Shown piece after piece: positions 9,006 to 18,149 of a stretch of DNA of 44,065 bases. How positions within the stretch are numbered: position 1 is the first letter of the stretch; every line of letters begins with the position of its first letter. Below the pieces are notes generated by a model. It was not told the origin of the DNA and ran no database searches. It was given only the letters and a program-made list of their open reading frames with translations. Both the position numbers and the translations under genes were made by a program. Source of the DNA: a virus (Duplodnaviria > Caudoviricetes); IMG/VR virus record IMGVR_UViG_3300049192_000027, positions 1-44,065 of that record. The stretch is one strand, 5' to 3'.

Positions 9006-9233
9006 CTAACTGTTCCCGCCACCCAACAGCTCGGCGGTTACCTCGCTGCAGGCGCGCTGCTCGCGGACGCCCAGGTCAACAGCGATCGCCTCGACGAGAA
9101 GCTCGCGAAGGTTCTTCGGGCGCAGACCAACGGTGAACGTCACCGAACCGATCTCGATGTCTTCCGGCCCTTTGCGTCGGCGGCGGTAGGTGACGGACTC
9201 TTGCAGGTAGTTGAGGATCTCGGTGTCGGTCAT
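9006..9233 (-). CDS. small protein, MTDTEILN family, with SEVTAELL motif
   Basis: ATGA coupling; paralogous to 9230..9484. Confidence 0.75.
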   Translation of the reverse strand: MTDTEILNYLQESVTYRRRRKGPEDIEIGSVTFTVGLRPKNLRELLVEAIAVDLGVREQRACSEVTAELLGGGNS

Positions 9234-9484
9234 TGGCGTAGTTCTTTCGTGACGTTGTCAACGCGTCGGCCTACGTCGTTGTCGATGGCTTTGAGGATCG
9301 CGTCGCGCAAACCTGCACCGCCGCCCATCGAGAACAGTTGCCGCTGGCCCTTCTCTTCGAACTGAGCCTGGTAGCTCACAGTCCACTTGGAGCTTCGGCT
9401 CGTGAGCCAGATGCGTTTGAACTCGATGGCGATCTCGTCGCCCATCGCCTCTTCAAGAGCGTTGAGGATCTCGGTGTCGGTCAT
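9210..9484. repeat. exact 24-bp direct repeat GTTGAGGATCTCGGTGTCGGTCAT (9210-9233, 9461-9484)
   Basis: Read directly; encodes MTDTEILN in two adjacent genes. Confidence 0.9.
9230..9484 (-). CDS. small protein, MTDTEILN family, ending DNVTKELRQ
   Basis: ATGA coupling; paralog of 9006..9233. Confidence 0.75.
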   Translation of the reverse strand: MTDTEILNALEEAMGDEIAIEFKRIWLTSRSSKWTVSYQAQFEEKGQRQLFSMGGGAGLRDAILKAIDNDVGRRVDNVTKELRQ

Positions 9485-9708
9485 GACATCAGCGCCTTAG
9501 TGACGTCGCGGATGGCGTTCCACTCGGCGACCATCTCAAGCCGCGTTGCGCAGGCCTTGTCCCAGAGCTCCTGAGGGTAGGCGTGAAACGGCATGAAGAC
9601 GCGCCGGACCTTGTCCTTGTAGCTGACGTGCAGCTCGGTGTCGCCGAAGGTGCGCTTGACGACAAGCCAATCGGCGCGGCGGAGGTTGTCGTAGACCGTC
9701 ATGCTCAC
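9481..9708 (-). CDS. small protein ending RDVTKALMS
   Basis: Coupled ORF in array. Confidence 0.7.
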   Translation of the reverse strand: MSMTVYDNLRRADWLVVKRTFGDTELHVSYKDKVRRVFMPFHAYPQELWDKACATRLEMVAEWNAIRDVTKALMS

Positions 9709-9905
9709 CTCCGCAGCTCCCGCGTTGTCTGGTTGACGATGTCGCGCTGCACCGTCCGTTTCACGTAGCGCGCAGCTTCGAGCGGTGTGCGTCCGATGGC
9801 GCCGGTGTAGCCGGTCTTGTGCGTCAGGGTGAGCGACTCGGCGTTGGCAACCCAGCCAGGGCCGGTTTGGGACCGGCGGACGGAAGTGATCTTGAAGAGC
9901 TTCAT
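9705..9905 (-). CDS. small protein ending NQTTRELRR
   Basis: Start at MKLFK (ATGA overlap with 9902 stop). Confidence 0.7.
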   Translation of the reverse strand: MKLFKITSVRRSQTGPGWVANAESLTLTHKTGYTGAIGRTPLEAARYVKRTVQRDIVNQTTRELRR

Positions 9906-10108
9906 CGCATCAGTTCCCTCGACAACTTGGAGACTTCCCATCGCCGAAGAACACGAGCGCCGGAGAGGATCGCGGTCCAGGCCGAGTTGCCAAACCAAAT
10001 GAACGGATGACCGCGCCACCAGAGCTCCGCCTGCCAGGTCTGTTCGTTGTCATAGGAGGGTTCACGCGGCTTGCAGTGTTCAACCTGGAAATAGCGAGCG
10101 GGCTTCAT
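9902..10108 (-). CDS. small protein ending SKLSRELMR
   Basis: GAGGA upstream, ATGA coupling. Confidence 0.7.
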   Translation of the reverse strand: MKPARYFQVEHCKPREPSYDNEQTWQAELWWRGHPFIWFGNSAWTAILSGARVLRRWEVSKLSRELMR

Positions 10109-10329
10109 GGCCAGTTGATCCTTCCTCGGTCGCGCAGCTCAGTCGCCAGCTCGTGAGCGAGCGCCTCGTTAGAACTCCGCACTGCTTCACGCATGGCGCC
10201 GAAGCGCGTCGTGCTGCTGGCGACCAGGCGTGTGCGGCGGCGCGTGTAGACGCACCTCCAGCAGTACACAAAGTTGTTGACGTGTTCGACTCGCTCGATC
10301 TGCAGCCCGTCGGCGCGCTGGCGCTTCAT
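10105..10329 (-). CDS. small protein with HELATELRD motif
   Basis: ATGA coupling; similar to 10326..10535 (DGLxI..V, GAMxxAVR). Confidence 0.7.
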   Translation of the reverse strand: MKRQRADGLQIERVEHVNNFVYCWRCVYTRRRTRLVASSTTRFGAMREAVRSSNEALAHELATELRDRGRINWP

Positions 10330-10535
10330 TTGCGCAGCTCCGTAGATACCTCTTTAATCATCAAGGCACGAGCGCCCCGCACTGCGCGTTTCATGGCACC
10401 GAGCGGGCTGAGGCCATACCAGGCATATGGGCCACCGTCGTTGTGCCATCGGACGAAGCAGACCCAACCGGAGTTGGGCGGCCTTCGCGGAAAGACTTTC
10501 GTGATCTTCAGCCCGTCACTTCGAGTAGTTGACAT
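10326..10535 (-). CDS. small protein ending KEVSTELRK
   Basis: Start at MSTTRSDG overlapping pol 3' end. Confidence 0.7.
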   Translation of the reverse strand: MSTTRSDGLKITKVFPRRPPNSGWVCFVRWHNDGGPYAWYGLSPLGAMKRAVRGARALMIKEVSTELRK

Positions 10536-12693
10536 CGAAGCCACCCTCGGCATTCAACGGAATGTCCGCGCACCACTTGGGTGGCGTCTTCATCAGCTTC
10601 AACATCCGCGTCATCGCTGACGACGCGCGGGCTTTCTTGATGCAGGCCACAGCCTCGTCGTGCGTGCTCATGACGACCCGGTCGATCTTGTCGATCTCCA
10701 AGGTCTGGTACATCACGATGATCCGGGCCAGCGCTTGGACGATGTTCTCGCACAGCAGGCCGCCGTAGATCTTCTTGCGGACCGGCGTGCCCTTGAGCAT
10801 GCCCTGGTAGGTCCACTCGTCGTAGCCGTTGTCGTTCAGGCGCTTCTTGAGGTCCGGGTACTTCAACGCCATGCCGTTGGGCAGCCACACGGTCTCCTTC
10901 TCCCAGGAGATCGGACCGTGCGAACCGCCTCGCCCCGCCGCCATGTCTTCGATGATCTGCGAGCAGATCTTCCAGCCGTTCTGGATGCGGTGGTTCAGAC
11001 GCCGGTAGGTGTTGACGATCTCGTGGCAACGGTCGAGTGACAGGAAGATCGGCGGGCCGCCTAGCGCGCCCTTTGCGAGGGTTAGCTGCAGCTTCGGTGC
11101 GCCCATTTGGTAGCCCAGACCGAGCACGCAGACCTTGCCCAGGAAGCGTTCGTCCTTGTCCTTCGTCGTGATCTCGCGACCGTACACTGCTGTCGCGAAG
11201 CGGCAATAGGCGTCGAGATTGGCACCGGTGGCCACACCCTTGGACTTGTCCCAGGAGTCCGATGCACGGAAGGCATCGAGCAGATCCTGCTGACCCCAGA
11301 GCCAGCCGTTTACGCGGGCTTCGATCTGACCCGAATCGCACACAGCCAGCATGTAGCCGGCCGGTGCCAGGATGGACAGGCGGAGCTCACCACCACGGGT
11401 GAGGTTCTGCATGTTCATCTTGTTGTTGCCGCCCAACCGACCGGTGTGGGCGCGGTAGTAGGCATAGCCCACTGGCAGCTTCATGCCGTTTGCGCCAGCC
11501 TTCAAGAAGCGCTCGGCGCGGGTGATATTGGTCGTGGACTTGACGGCCAGGCGCGCATCGACGAGAGCGCGGAGCCGGGCTTGCCGTGCGGCCAGCTTCT
11601 TCACGTCCGCGACCTTAGCCAGGTTCAGGCCCTCGGACAGCGCATCGACGTCATCGGGGAGGTTGATGAAGTCGAGATCGTCCTTGGCGAACGCGTACGT
11701 CCACTTGCTGTCGTCGTCGCGCTCGGCCACGGATTTCTTGATCCAGGCCGGGCTGATCTTGACCGGCGGCTCGACGCCTTCGGCGCGCAGCAGGTTCGCG
11801 AACCGCTCGTTGCTGCCGATAACCCGCTTGGCCACCAGCATGGCGCGGTCTTCGCCGACCAGCTCCCGTTCGTCCTTGGTCTTCAGAATCAGCTTGATTT
11901 CGTGGGCGTAGTCGGATTCCTTGACGATGCCCAGTAGCGCGGCTTTGCGCGCGGCGATTTCACGAGCAAGCTCCTTCTCAACGCGCGGGATGTCGACTTT
12001 GAGCACCGGGTCGCAGAACATGCGTGTGACCAGGTTGATCAAGTCCATCTCGGTCCGGGGCATCTTCGGCACCATGGCCTTGAAGATGCGCAGCATCTCG
12101 TCGACGTCCTGGCCGCAATAGGTGGAGGCGTTCTTCCACTTCGACTTGTTGGCGAAGAGTTCCTTGAACCGCAGACCCTTGAAGTCCTCGGTGCCGGTGG
12201 CGAACTTGCCGGCGCCGCCATAGAACAGCGACACCTCGTGCAGGCTGCCGCCGATGTCGTTGCTGTGCAGCGCACGCGCCATCGACAGCGAGCAGTAGTA
12301 GCGCTTCGGCACGATGCCGTAGTGATGGCTCAGGATGAAGCCGTCGAACTGCGTGTTGTGGCAGAGCAGGCTGTAGAAAGCCCACGGGATCGTCTTGAGG
12401 TAGGTCTTGAGCTTATTGCCGGGCACCACGATCCGTTTGGCGTTGCCGACCTTCACGCCGATCATCAGCGCCTCGAAGCGAGGGTCGCGGATGTACTCCG
12501 ACGTGCTCAACTTGCTCAGCGTGTAGTCGTCGTCGTAATGCGTCTCGAAGTCGAGGGCGACCAGGTGAGCCCAGTCGATAACCTCGGCCTCGAACACCGG
12601 CTTGAAGAACCCCTCGGGGATCAACGACGGCTTGCGGGTGAGGTCGGCTTTGGTTTGAACCGGCCGATCTTTGACAGCGGATGCCCAGCTCAT
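10516..12693 (-). CDS. family A DNA polymerase with 3'-5' exonuclease
   Basis: ExoI DFET, ExoII HNTQFD, ExoIII YCGQD; HTGR, motif A DSGQIEAR, motif B RFLGKVCVLGLGY, motif C THDE. Confidence 0.96.
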   Translation of the reverse strand: MSWASAVKDRPVQTKADLTRKPSLIPEGFFKPVFEAEVIDWAHLVALDFETHYDDDYTLSKLSTSEYIRDPRFEALMIGVKVGNAKRIVVPGNKLKTYLKTIPWAFYSLLCHNTQFDGFILSHHYGIVPKRYYCSLSMARALHSNDIGGSLHEVSLFYGGAGKFATGTEDFKGLRFKELFANKSKWKNASTYCGQDVDEMLRIFKAMVPKMPRTEMDLINLVTRMFCDPVLKVDIPRVEKELAREIAARKAALLGIVKESDYAHEIKLILKTKDERELVGEDRAMLVAKRVIGSNERFANLLRAEGVEPPVKISPAWIKKSVAERDDDSKWTYAFAKDDLDFINLPDDVDALSEGLNLAKVADVKKLAARQARLRALVDARLAVKSTTNITRAERFLKAGANGMKLPVGYAYYRAHTGRLGGNNKMNMQNLTRGGELRLSILAPAGYMLAVCDSGQIEARVNGWLWGQQDLLDAFRASDSWDKSKGVATGANLDAYCRFATAVYGREITTKDKDERFLGKVCVLGLGYQMGAPKLQLTLAKGALGGPPIFLSLDRCHEIVNTYRRLNHRIQNGWKICSQIIEDMAAGRGGSHGPISWEKETVWLPNGMALKYPDLKKRLNDNGYDEWTYQGMLKGTPVRKKIYGGLLCENIVQALARIIVMYQTLEIDKIDRVVMSTHDEAVACIKKARASSAMTRMLKLMKTPPKWCADIPLNAEGGFDVNYSK

Positions 12694-14141
12694 GCCATCT
12701 CCAGCTCGCGGTCCTCAGTGCCCAGCGCAACCAAGTTCAGCAGATTGCTCATACGGGTGTTCTTCGGCATGAGGATGTGGTCATAGATCTCCGCCTCACG
12801 CGATCCGTTGGCGATCACGGTGAGGACTTCGGTCTTGCTCTTCTGGCCGATGCGTGCCTGACGCTGGCTGCCCTGTACGAACCACTCCAGGTTGTAGGTA
12901 GGGCCAGGCCAGATGGTGCTGTTGCCCTTGGTGAGGGTCAGGCCGTGCGCAGCGCTCTGCGGGTGCGCAAACAGCACGTCATATTGACCGAGCTGGTATT
13001 GCGAGACGATGGCGAAGCGCTCTGCGTCGGTGGTGTCGGCGTCGATCACCGCGAACGACATGCTGCGCTTGGTGGCCTCGGCAATCATGAGGTCGCGCTG
13101 GTGCTTCCAGAAGAAGAACACCAGCGGGTGCTTACGCGCCTCGGCCAGATCCATGATCAGTTCGTAGCGTGACGTATCGATCACGCTGTAGCCACCAGTG
13201 CCGTCGTAGACCGCGCCGCTGGCGATCTGCAGCAACTTCGTGACGACGGCGGCCGCGTTGACGGCCATGATCTTGGCCTTACGACCAGTCAGCGCGGCAG
13301 TGACCTGGTCAGGCAGCGAGCCTAGGATGGGGATGAGCTGGTCTTGCTCCATCTTGTCGTACATGGCCTGCTGCTTAGGCGTCATGTCGTAGCCGGTGGT
13401 GTGGGTCTGCGTCGCTGGGATGTCGATGCAGTCCTGGCGACGGTGACGGATCACGATGTCGGTGATCAGACCGTAGACCGCCTCCTCGGCACCTTCTTTG
13501 TCGGTCCAGCGGATGGCCTTGTCGTTTTGGCCCACCTGTTTGGGCTGGCACACGGTGTTGCGGAAGCCGAAGTAGCTGGGGCCAAGGCGCCGGCCACCAT
13601 CAAGGAGGTGGACTTGGTGCCAGAGGTCGGTGATGCCGTTGCTGGTCGGCGTGGCCGTCAGGCAGGCCCGGCGGTCGAAGCGCTTGAGCACCTTCGCCGC
13701 AGCTTTGGAGCGTTGGCTGGCGTGATGCTTGTAGGCCGGCGACTCGTCGACGACGACCTCGCCACCGTCGAACTTGCGGAGGAACGCTGGCTTCTGCTTG
13801 GCCAACCACTTCACAGCGTCGTGATTTGCAACGTAGACGTCAGCGTCGACGTTGAACGCCTTCTCGCGAACGTCAGCCGTGGCCACCGAGACGGTGAGGT
13901 GTGGCGCGAACTTCCGGATATCTGCCTCCCACGCCACGCGAAGCAGGGAGCGCGGGGCCAGAACCAGCAGCGGTCCGCCGCCTTTGGCCCGGCGCTTGGC
14001 GAAGCCCATGATGCGCACGAAGGTCTTGCCCGTGCCGGCGTCGCTCATGTCGAACACGAGAGGCGAGGATTCGTCGTGCTTGAGGGACACGACCTGGTGC
14101 TTCATGGCCTTGAGGGCGGCCTTGGCGCGGCTCTTGATCAC
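12690..14141 (-). CDS. SNF2-family (SF2) DNA helicase
   Basis: GTGKT, VVDES, LTATP, SAAHGLTL, RQARIGQ; GGGAGGA RBS before GTG 14141. Confidence 0.92.
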   Translation of the reverse strand: MIKSRAKAALKAMKHQVVSLKHDESSPLVFDMSDAGTGKTFVRIMGFAKRRAKGGGPLLVLAPRSLLRVAWEADIRKFAPHLTVSVATADVREKAFNVDADVYVANHDAVKWLAKQKPAFLRKFDGGEVVVDESPAYKHHASQRSKAAAKVLKRFDRRACLTATPTSNGITDLWHQVHLLDGGRRLGPSYFGFRNTVCQPKQVGQNDKAIRWTDKEGAEEAVYGLITDIVIRHRRQDCIDIPATQTHTTGYDMTPKQQAMYDKMEQDQLIPILGSLPDQVTAALTGRKAKIMAVNAAAVVTKLLQIASGAVYDGTGGYSVIDTSRYELIMDLAEARKHPLVFFFWKHQRDLMIAEATKRSMSFAVIDADTTDAERFAIVSQYQLGQYDVLFAHPQSAAHGLTLTKGNSTIWPGPTYNLEWFVQGSQRQARIGQKSKTEVLTVIANGSREAEIYDHILMPKNTRMSNLLNLVALGTEDRELEMA

Positions 14142-14392
14142 TGCAGAGTCCTCCCGTAGACCTGGGCGAAGCACAGGTCGATGAGCTTGTGATAACCGCC
14201 TGTCGTGTTGACGTCGGCGTGGGTGTGGAATGCGACGAAGGCGCCGAGCAGCAGCACCGCCGGGTCGTTCGTCGGGTCACCGCCTTCGAGCGTGACTTCG
14301 TCGACAGCCTCGGCCAGGCTGGTGGCGACCCAGGGCAGGGCGGGCACACGCGGGCCGACAGCGGCGCTGAGCGCATGGAAGTAGCGGTTCAT
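14138..14392 (-). CDS. hypothetical protein (MNRYFHALS...)
   Basis: 84 aa, 4-bp overlaps with both neighbours. Confidence 0.65.
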   Translation of the reverse strand: MNRYFHALSAAVGPRVPALPWVATSLAEAVDEVTLEGGDPTNDPAVLLLGAFVAFHTHADVNTTGGYHKLIDLCFAQVYGRTLQ

Positions 14393-15093
14393 TGTTTCCC
14401 CACGGCGCAGTGGCCTGTGCCGGCCGGCCCGTACGGGCACCACTTGCAGCTGAAGACGTTGGGGTTTGCCGGGAAGTCCGTGCAGCTGGTGATCTTGTGG
14501 CCGCGGCTGTCCCATTTGGGACGGAAGCGCAGGGCCTGGTCGCGCGTGAAGCGCAACGTGGTCACTTCGTTCTGGTCGACGTACCAGAGCTCGGCGGTGA
14601 CGTGTTCCAGCTCGGGGTAGCGGAGGAACGAGACCAGCGCGTAGAGCTGCAGCTGCTCGCCGTGCTTGATCTCGTTGCCGAACTTCTTGCCCGACTTGTA
14701 GTCGATGACGATGGCCTGCTGCTTGCTCAGATGCACGATGGCATCGAGCTTCAGGCGCAGCCAGCCGGTCTTCCAGGCGGCGGAGACCCACTCGTTGTCC
14801 ATAGCCCACTCGCCTTCGAGCGAGACCATGCCCTGGGCGTGCAGTACGCGCAGCAGATCCAGCTCGGGGCCGAAGTGCTTCTCGGCTTCCCAGCACAGCT
14901 CGGCGGACGTGCCGTTGACGTAGTCCTCGCAGCTCTGATGGATGCGCGTGCCGCGGTCATTGGCGTGCTCCAGCTTGCCCGGGGGCAGGGGACGCTCGGG
15001 CTCGGGGATCTTCTGGTCATGCTTGAGCCAGAACATCTTTTTGCACTTCTCGAAGTCAACGAGCTTGGAGTGCGACCAGGAGGTGACAGCCAT
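14389..15093 (-). CDS. PD-(D/E)XK Cas4/RecB-like exonuclease
   Basis: SHSKL..FEKC, RGTRIH, KLDA, IDYKSGK, QLQLYA, CKWCPY...C. Confidence 0.88.
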   Translation of the reverse strand: MAVTSWSHSKLVDFEKCKKMFWLKHDQKIPEPERPLPPGKLEHANDRGTRIHQSCEDYVNGTSAELCWEAEKHFGPELDLLRVLHAQGMVSLEGEWAMDNEWVSAAWKTGWLRLKLDAIVHLSKQQAIVIDYKSGKKFGNEIKHGEQLQLYALVSFLRYPELEHVTAELWYVDQNEVTTLRFTRDQALRFRPKWDSRGHKITSCTDFPANPNVFSCKWCPYGPAGTGHCAVGKQ

Positions 15094-15119
15094 GGGTGTA
15101 GTTCTTTCGTAGATCGAAC

Positions 15120-15758
15120 TTAGATGATATGGCCGAGTTCGTCGAACCGGTAGCTACCAGCCAAGGCCTCGTCGATGACTTCGTCGGATTGAAGATATTC
15201 GCTCTCGGCTTCGAGGTTTGAATACAGCCAATCAGCCAGGCCGCGCGCGATCGCTTTCATTTCGTCTTCTGTATGGTCGCGGTCTTCAAAATCATCCGGG
15301 TCGCCGGGGCGCAATTCGCCTTCGTCGAGCTGCATACAGCCGCTATGGAAGTGTCGACCCATTCGATAAAAGCGGCAACGGAAACTCGCGTTCCACCGCA
15401 GCTGAAGAGTTGTCTGCAGGACGTCAATACGCCCTGCCAAACCCTTCAGGGTTTCGTCCTTCGGAGCATGTTCTTCGATCGCCTTCACGACGGGAATCTC
15501 CGGCGGGATGTAATACCCGTCGAACGAGGCGCCGTCGCCCTGGCTGGAGAAACCGCTAAAGGCAATGTCATCGGCTTCGACGCTGAAACCAAACAGTGCG
15601 AACACTTTGATAGCGTCTTCCTGCACCGGCTCATACCAGCCGTCGTCGTGGGTATTGCAAGACCGCCACCACTCACGCGCAGTTTCTTTAGCGGCGTCGC
15701 TAAGTTCCTCGAAAGAGAAACCTTTGAGCTTTTTAGAAGTTGTGAATGCGCGGCTCAT
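15120..15758 (-). CDS. conserved mobile-element protein (FEELSDAAKETAR...FSGFSSQGDGASF family)
   Basis: Recognisable motifs of a family often auto-annotated 'antitoxin of TA stability system'; function unproven. Confidence 0.7.
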   Translation of the reverse strand: MSRAFTTSKKLKGFSFEELSDAAKETAREWWRSCNTHDDGWYEPVQEDAIKVFALFGFSVEADDIAFSGFSSQGDGASFDGYYIPPEIPVVKAIEEHAPKDETLKGLAGRIDVLQTTLQLRWNASFRCRFYRMGRHFHSGCMQLDEGELRPGDPDDFEDRDHTEDEMKAIARGLADWLYSNLEAESEYLQSDEVIDEALAGSYRFDELGHII

Positions 15759-16035
15759 TGAGCATCTCGGCGTAGAACTCTTCGGGCGTCTGAGCCGTCC
15801 CCGGCTCGACATATTGGTTGTGGGCGAGATACCTCTCGGCTTCGTCGCGCAGCGCCCGCAGCATCCGGTCCTTAGAGACGATGGTGATCGAGTGCGAGTA
15901 GCAGTGCCGGAACGCCAGCTTGTTCAGGATTTGATAGACGCGGGAGACAGCGATGCCCTCGCGCTTAGCCAAGTCTGCAACCGGCGTGCCGATGCAGTAG
16001 TCCAGGCCAACGCTGATGTTCCGGTCGAGCTTCAT
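15733..16035 (-). CDS. HTH (sigma region 4-like) protein
   Basis: GTPVADLAKREGIAVSRVYQILNK. Confidence 0.6.
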   Translation of the reverse strand: MKLDRNISVGLDYCIGTPVADLAKREGIAVSRVYQILNKLAFRHCYSHSITIVSKDRMLRALRDEAERYLAHNQYVEPGTAQTPEEFYAEMLNEPRIHNF

Positions 16036-16832
16036 GCCAGCTCTTTGCTGTCGAGGTAGTCGACCAAGGCCTGGATGCCGGCCTTGCGCTTGTCGATCTC
16101 GGCCACCAGCTTCTTGGGCTTGTTGCCGATGGCCTCCAGCTCCTTGACCTTGTTCTCCTGGGCAGCGATCAAGGCGTAGACCTCGCTGTCCTTCATCTCG
16201 GCGACGTCCTTGCCGTTGACGAGGGTCTTGGTGGTGATTTCGATGATGGCGTCCATGAGGATCTCCTGGGTGGTTGTGACCTGGTGGTCGGGTTGAATTT
16301 CTGGGGGCAGGACTTCGGCGATACCCCAGTTCAAACCGGAGATATTCGTGCCGTTACAGCGCAAGCTGAGGTGCCCGGCGACTTCGCCGCAGTCCGAGAT
16401 GATCCAAACAGCAAACTCGCCGACCGGTGAGCGTGGTTTGACGTGCCGAAGCGGCCCGTCATACACGCCCTTCGTCACGACCTTGCCGTTGACCAGGCGG
16501 AACCGCGTCCCGTCCGGCAGCGCCGAGTAATCGGTCGGCTTGGGCTGCGGTTCGGGCGTGTTGTCAGTGTGGATATCGAGGGTCGGCAGCGCAGACATTT
16601 CGGCGCTAATGTCGTCCGTGTCAGGGGCGGGCATATTCCAGAGTTTGTCGAAGTACCGCCGCAGCTGTTCACGTTCGGCTTGGGTGGTTTTGAACCCTTC
16701 CCGCACCGCCGCCCTGTCAATACGCTCGCGGCGGCTCCCATGCCGAGAACTCGGTTTGTAGCGGCTGTGAAAATCGCCGTCGTTCTCCAGCACCAGCGCG
16801 ATCTCGCGCAGCTTGGGGAGGTCGTAGTTCAC
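16032..16832 (-). CDS. multi-domain hypothetical protein with possible internal start at 16256
   Basis: GTGA coupling; internal AGGAG-N6-ATG precedes a 74-aa coiled-coil C-terminal domain. Confidence 0.7.
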   Translation of the reverse strand: MNYDLPKLREIALVLENDGDFHSRYKPSSRHGSRRERIDRAAVREGFKTTQAEREQLRRYFDKLWNMPAPDTDDISAEMSALPTLDIHTDNTPEPQPKPTDYSALPDGTRFRLVNGKVVTKGVYDGPLRHVKPRSPVGEFAVWIISDCGEVAGHLSLRCNGTNISGLNWGIAEVLPPEIQPDHQVTTTQEILMDAIIEITTKTLVNGKDVAEMKDSEVYALIAAQENKVKELEAIGNKPKKLVAEIDKRKAGIQALVDYLDSKELA

Positions 16833-17947
16833 AGTTGAATCCTCACGTGTTCACCGAACGGCGGGACGATGTCGGTCGTCATCACCCAGAGCACGGGATA
16901 GGGCGGCGCGCTGGCCGGGAACGGGCCGTAGCCGTCGGTCAGGTAGATGAGGCAGGTGGGCGTGATGTCACGCTCCTGCAGCCACTTGAAGGGCGGGCGG
17001 AAGTCCGTGCCTCCGTCGCCATGCGGCGTGACAGCAAAGTGATCGTGCTGCTCGAACTCGTCGACGTGGTTGATGGCGGCATCGCAGTACATCGTGCGCA
17101 GCAGCTTCAGCTCGCAGTTGTTGCGGATGTCAGCGATCTCGCCGCCGAAGGCCGAGAGGATCTGATCGTTGATCGAGCCGGACGTGTCGATCACGGTCGT
17201 GATGTCGCGCACCGACTCGCTGTAGAGGCCGGGCATGATGAAGCCCAAGCTCATGTACGCGCGGTTCGGCTTCATCCAAGAGAAGTCGTCGCGTGCAGCG
17301 TCGGTAGCGAAGCGGCGTAACACCGCACGCCAGTCGACCTTGGCTTCGGCCAGGTCCGGGCAGAAGCGCTTCAACGAGCCGGGCAGTTCACCGCGGCCGC
17401 GCTGAGCCTGGGCCGCCTGGATCGTGGCGACTTCCAGCTCGGCAGCCAGGTTTTCGTCCTTCGAGTCCATGTGCTGGTCGAAAGGCTCCTTGCCGCCGTG
17501 GTTGCTGTTGCCGCTGCCGCCGCCACTGCCGTCCTCGTCTTCGGGCGGCAGCAGGGTGTAGATCTCCTCAGCCGACATCCCTTTGAACGCGGCGTTGTGG
17601 ACGAACCAGTCGGGGATGTTGAACCCGCAGTCCTCCAGCATCGCGTTTGTGGCGTAGTCGATCGCGTAGTTCCAGCGCTTGGGCTGGCGCGCACCGCGGC
17701 GCGTGACGTGGTTCAGTGCGCAGTGGCCGACCTCGTGAGCCACTGCAGCCTCGATCACCTCTTGCGAATGGTCTTCAACGAACTTCGGATGGAAGTAGAG
17801 GTTCCGGCCGTCCGTCGCCATCGTCGGCGGCTTCAGGTCGTCGCGCATGATTGGCTTCATGCGCAGAGCCAGTGTGCCGAAGAACGGTTGGCGCTTGATC
17901 AGGCCGATCCGGGCTTTGACGATCTTCGTGGGAGTGTCGTTGCTCAT
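16829..17947 (-). CDS. HExxH metallopeptidase-VWA protein (DUF2201-like)
   Basis: MATDG, HEVGH zinc motif, WNYAIDY; MIDAS DTSGS, GGTDF, TDG. Confidence 0.9.
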   Translation of the reverse strand: MSNDTPTKIVKARIGLIKRQPFFGTLALRMKPIMRDDLKPPTMATDGRNLYFHPKFVEDHSQEVIEAAVAHEVGHCALNHVTRRGARQPKRWNYAIDYATNAMLEDCGFNIPDWFVHNAAFKGMSAEEIYTLLPPEDEDGSGGGSGNSNHGGKEPFDQHMDSKDENLAAELEVATIQAAQAQRGRGELPGSLKRFCPDLAEAKVDWRAVLRRFATDAARDDFSWMKPNRAYMSLGFIMPGLYSESVRDITTVIDTSGSINDQILSAFGGEIADIRNNCELKLLRTMYCDAAINHVDEFEQHDHFAVTPHGDGGTDFRPPFKWLQERDITPTCLIYLTDGYGPFPASAPPYPVLWVMTTDIVPPFGEHVRIQL

Positions 17948-18149
17948 GTTCTGTGTTCCTGTTTCTTGCGAGAGAGTCAGCCAGGGCACGGCGGTTGTAG
18001 GGTCCGGCGATGACAAGTTCGAAGATGGCGTGATCGCAAATCTGGTGAGTTAGCACTTCGATCTTGGTTAGACGTTTGCGCACTTCCCAACCGACGAAGC
18101 CTTCACGGTTGTTCCATTTCACGTAGTAACGCGGCCTCTGCTGCGGCAT
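17775..18149 (-). CDS. small protein of RYY...GP...SLAR family
   Basis: GGAG RBS before ATG 18149; similarity to 18330..18572; tail overlaps VWA gene. Confidence 0.55.
   Translation of the reverse strand: MPQQRPRYYVKWNNREGFVGWEVRKRLTKIEVLTHQICDHAIFELVIAGPYNRRALADSLARNRNTEHEQRHSHEDRQSPDRPDQAPTVLRHTGSAHEANHARRPEAADDGDGRPEPLLPSEVR

Noticed and set aside
9006-10535. VTxELR motif as a pure by-product of the next gene's Shine-Dalgarno sequence
   Set aside because: GGAG could explain the Glu in some copies, but not V/T/L, the GAA- or GCG-encoded copies, or those far from the next start; kept only as a partial confounder
14389-15093. cas4 as evidence of a CRISPR-Cas system
   Set aside because: Solo Cas4-like nucleases are routine in phage replication modules; no other cas genes or array
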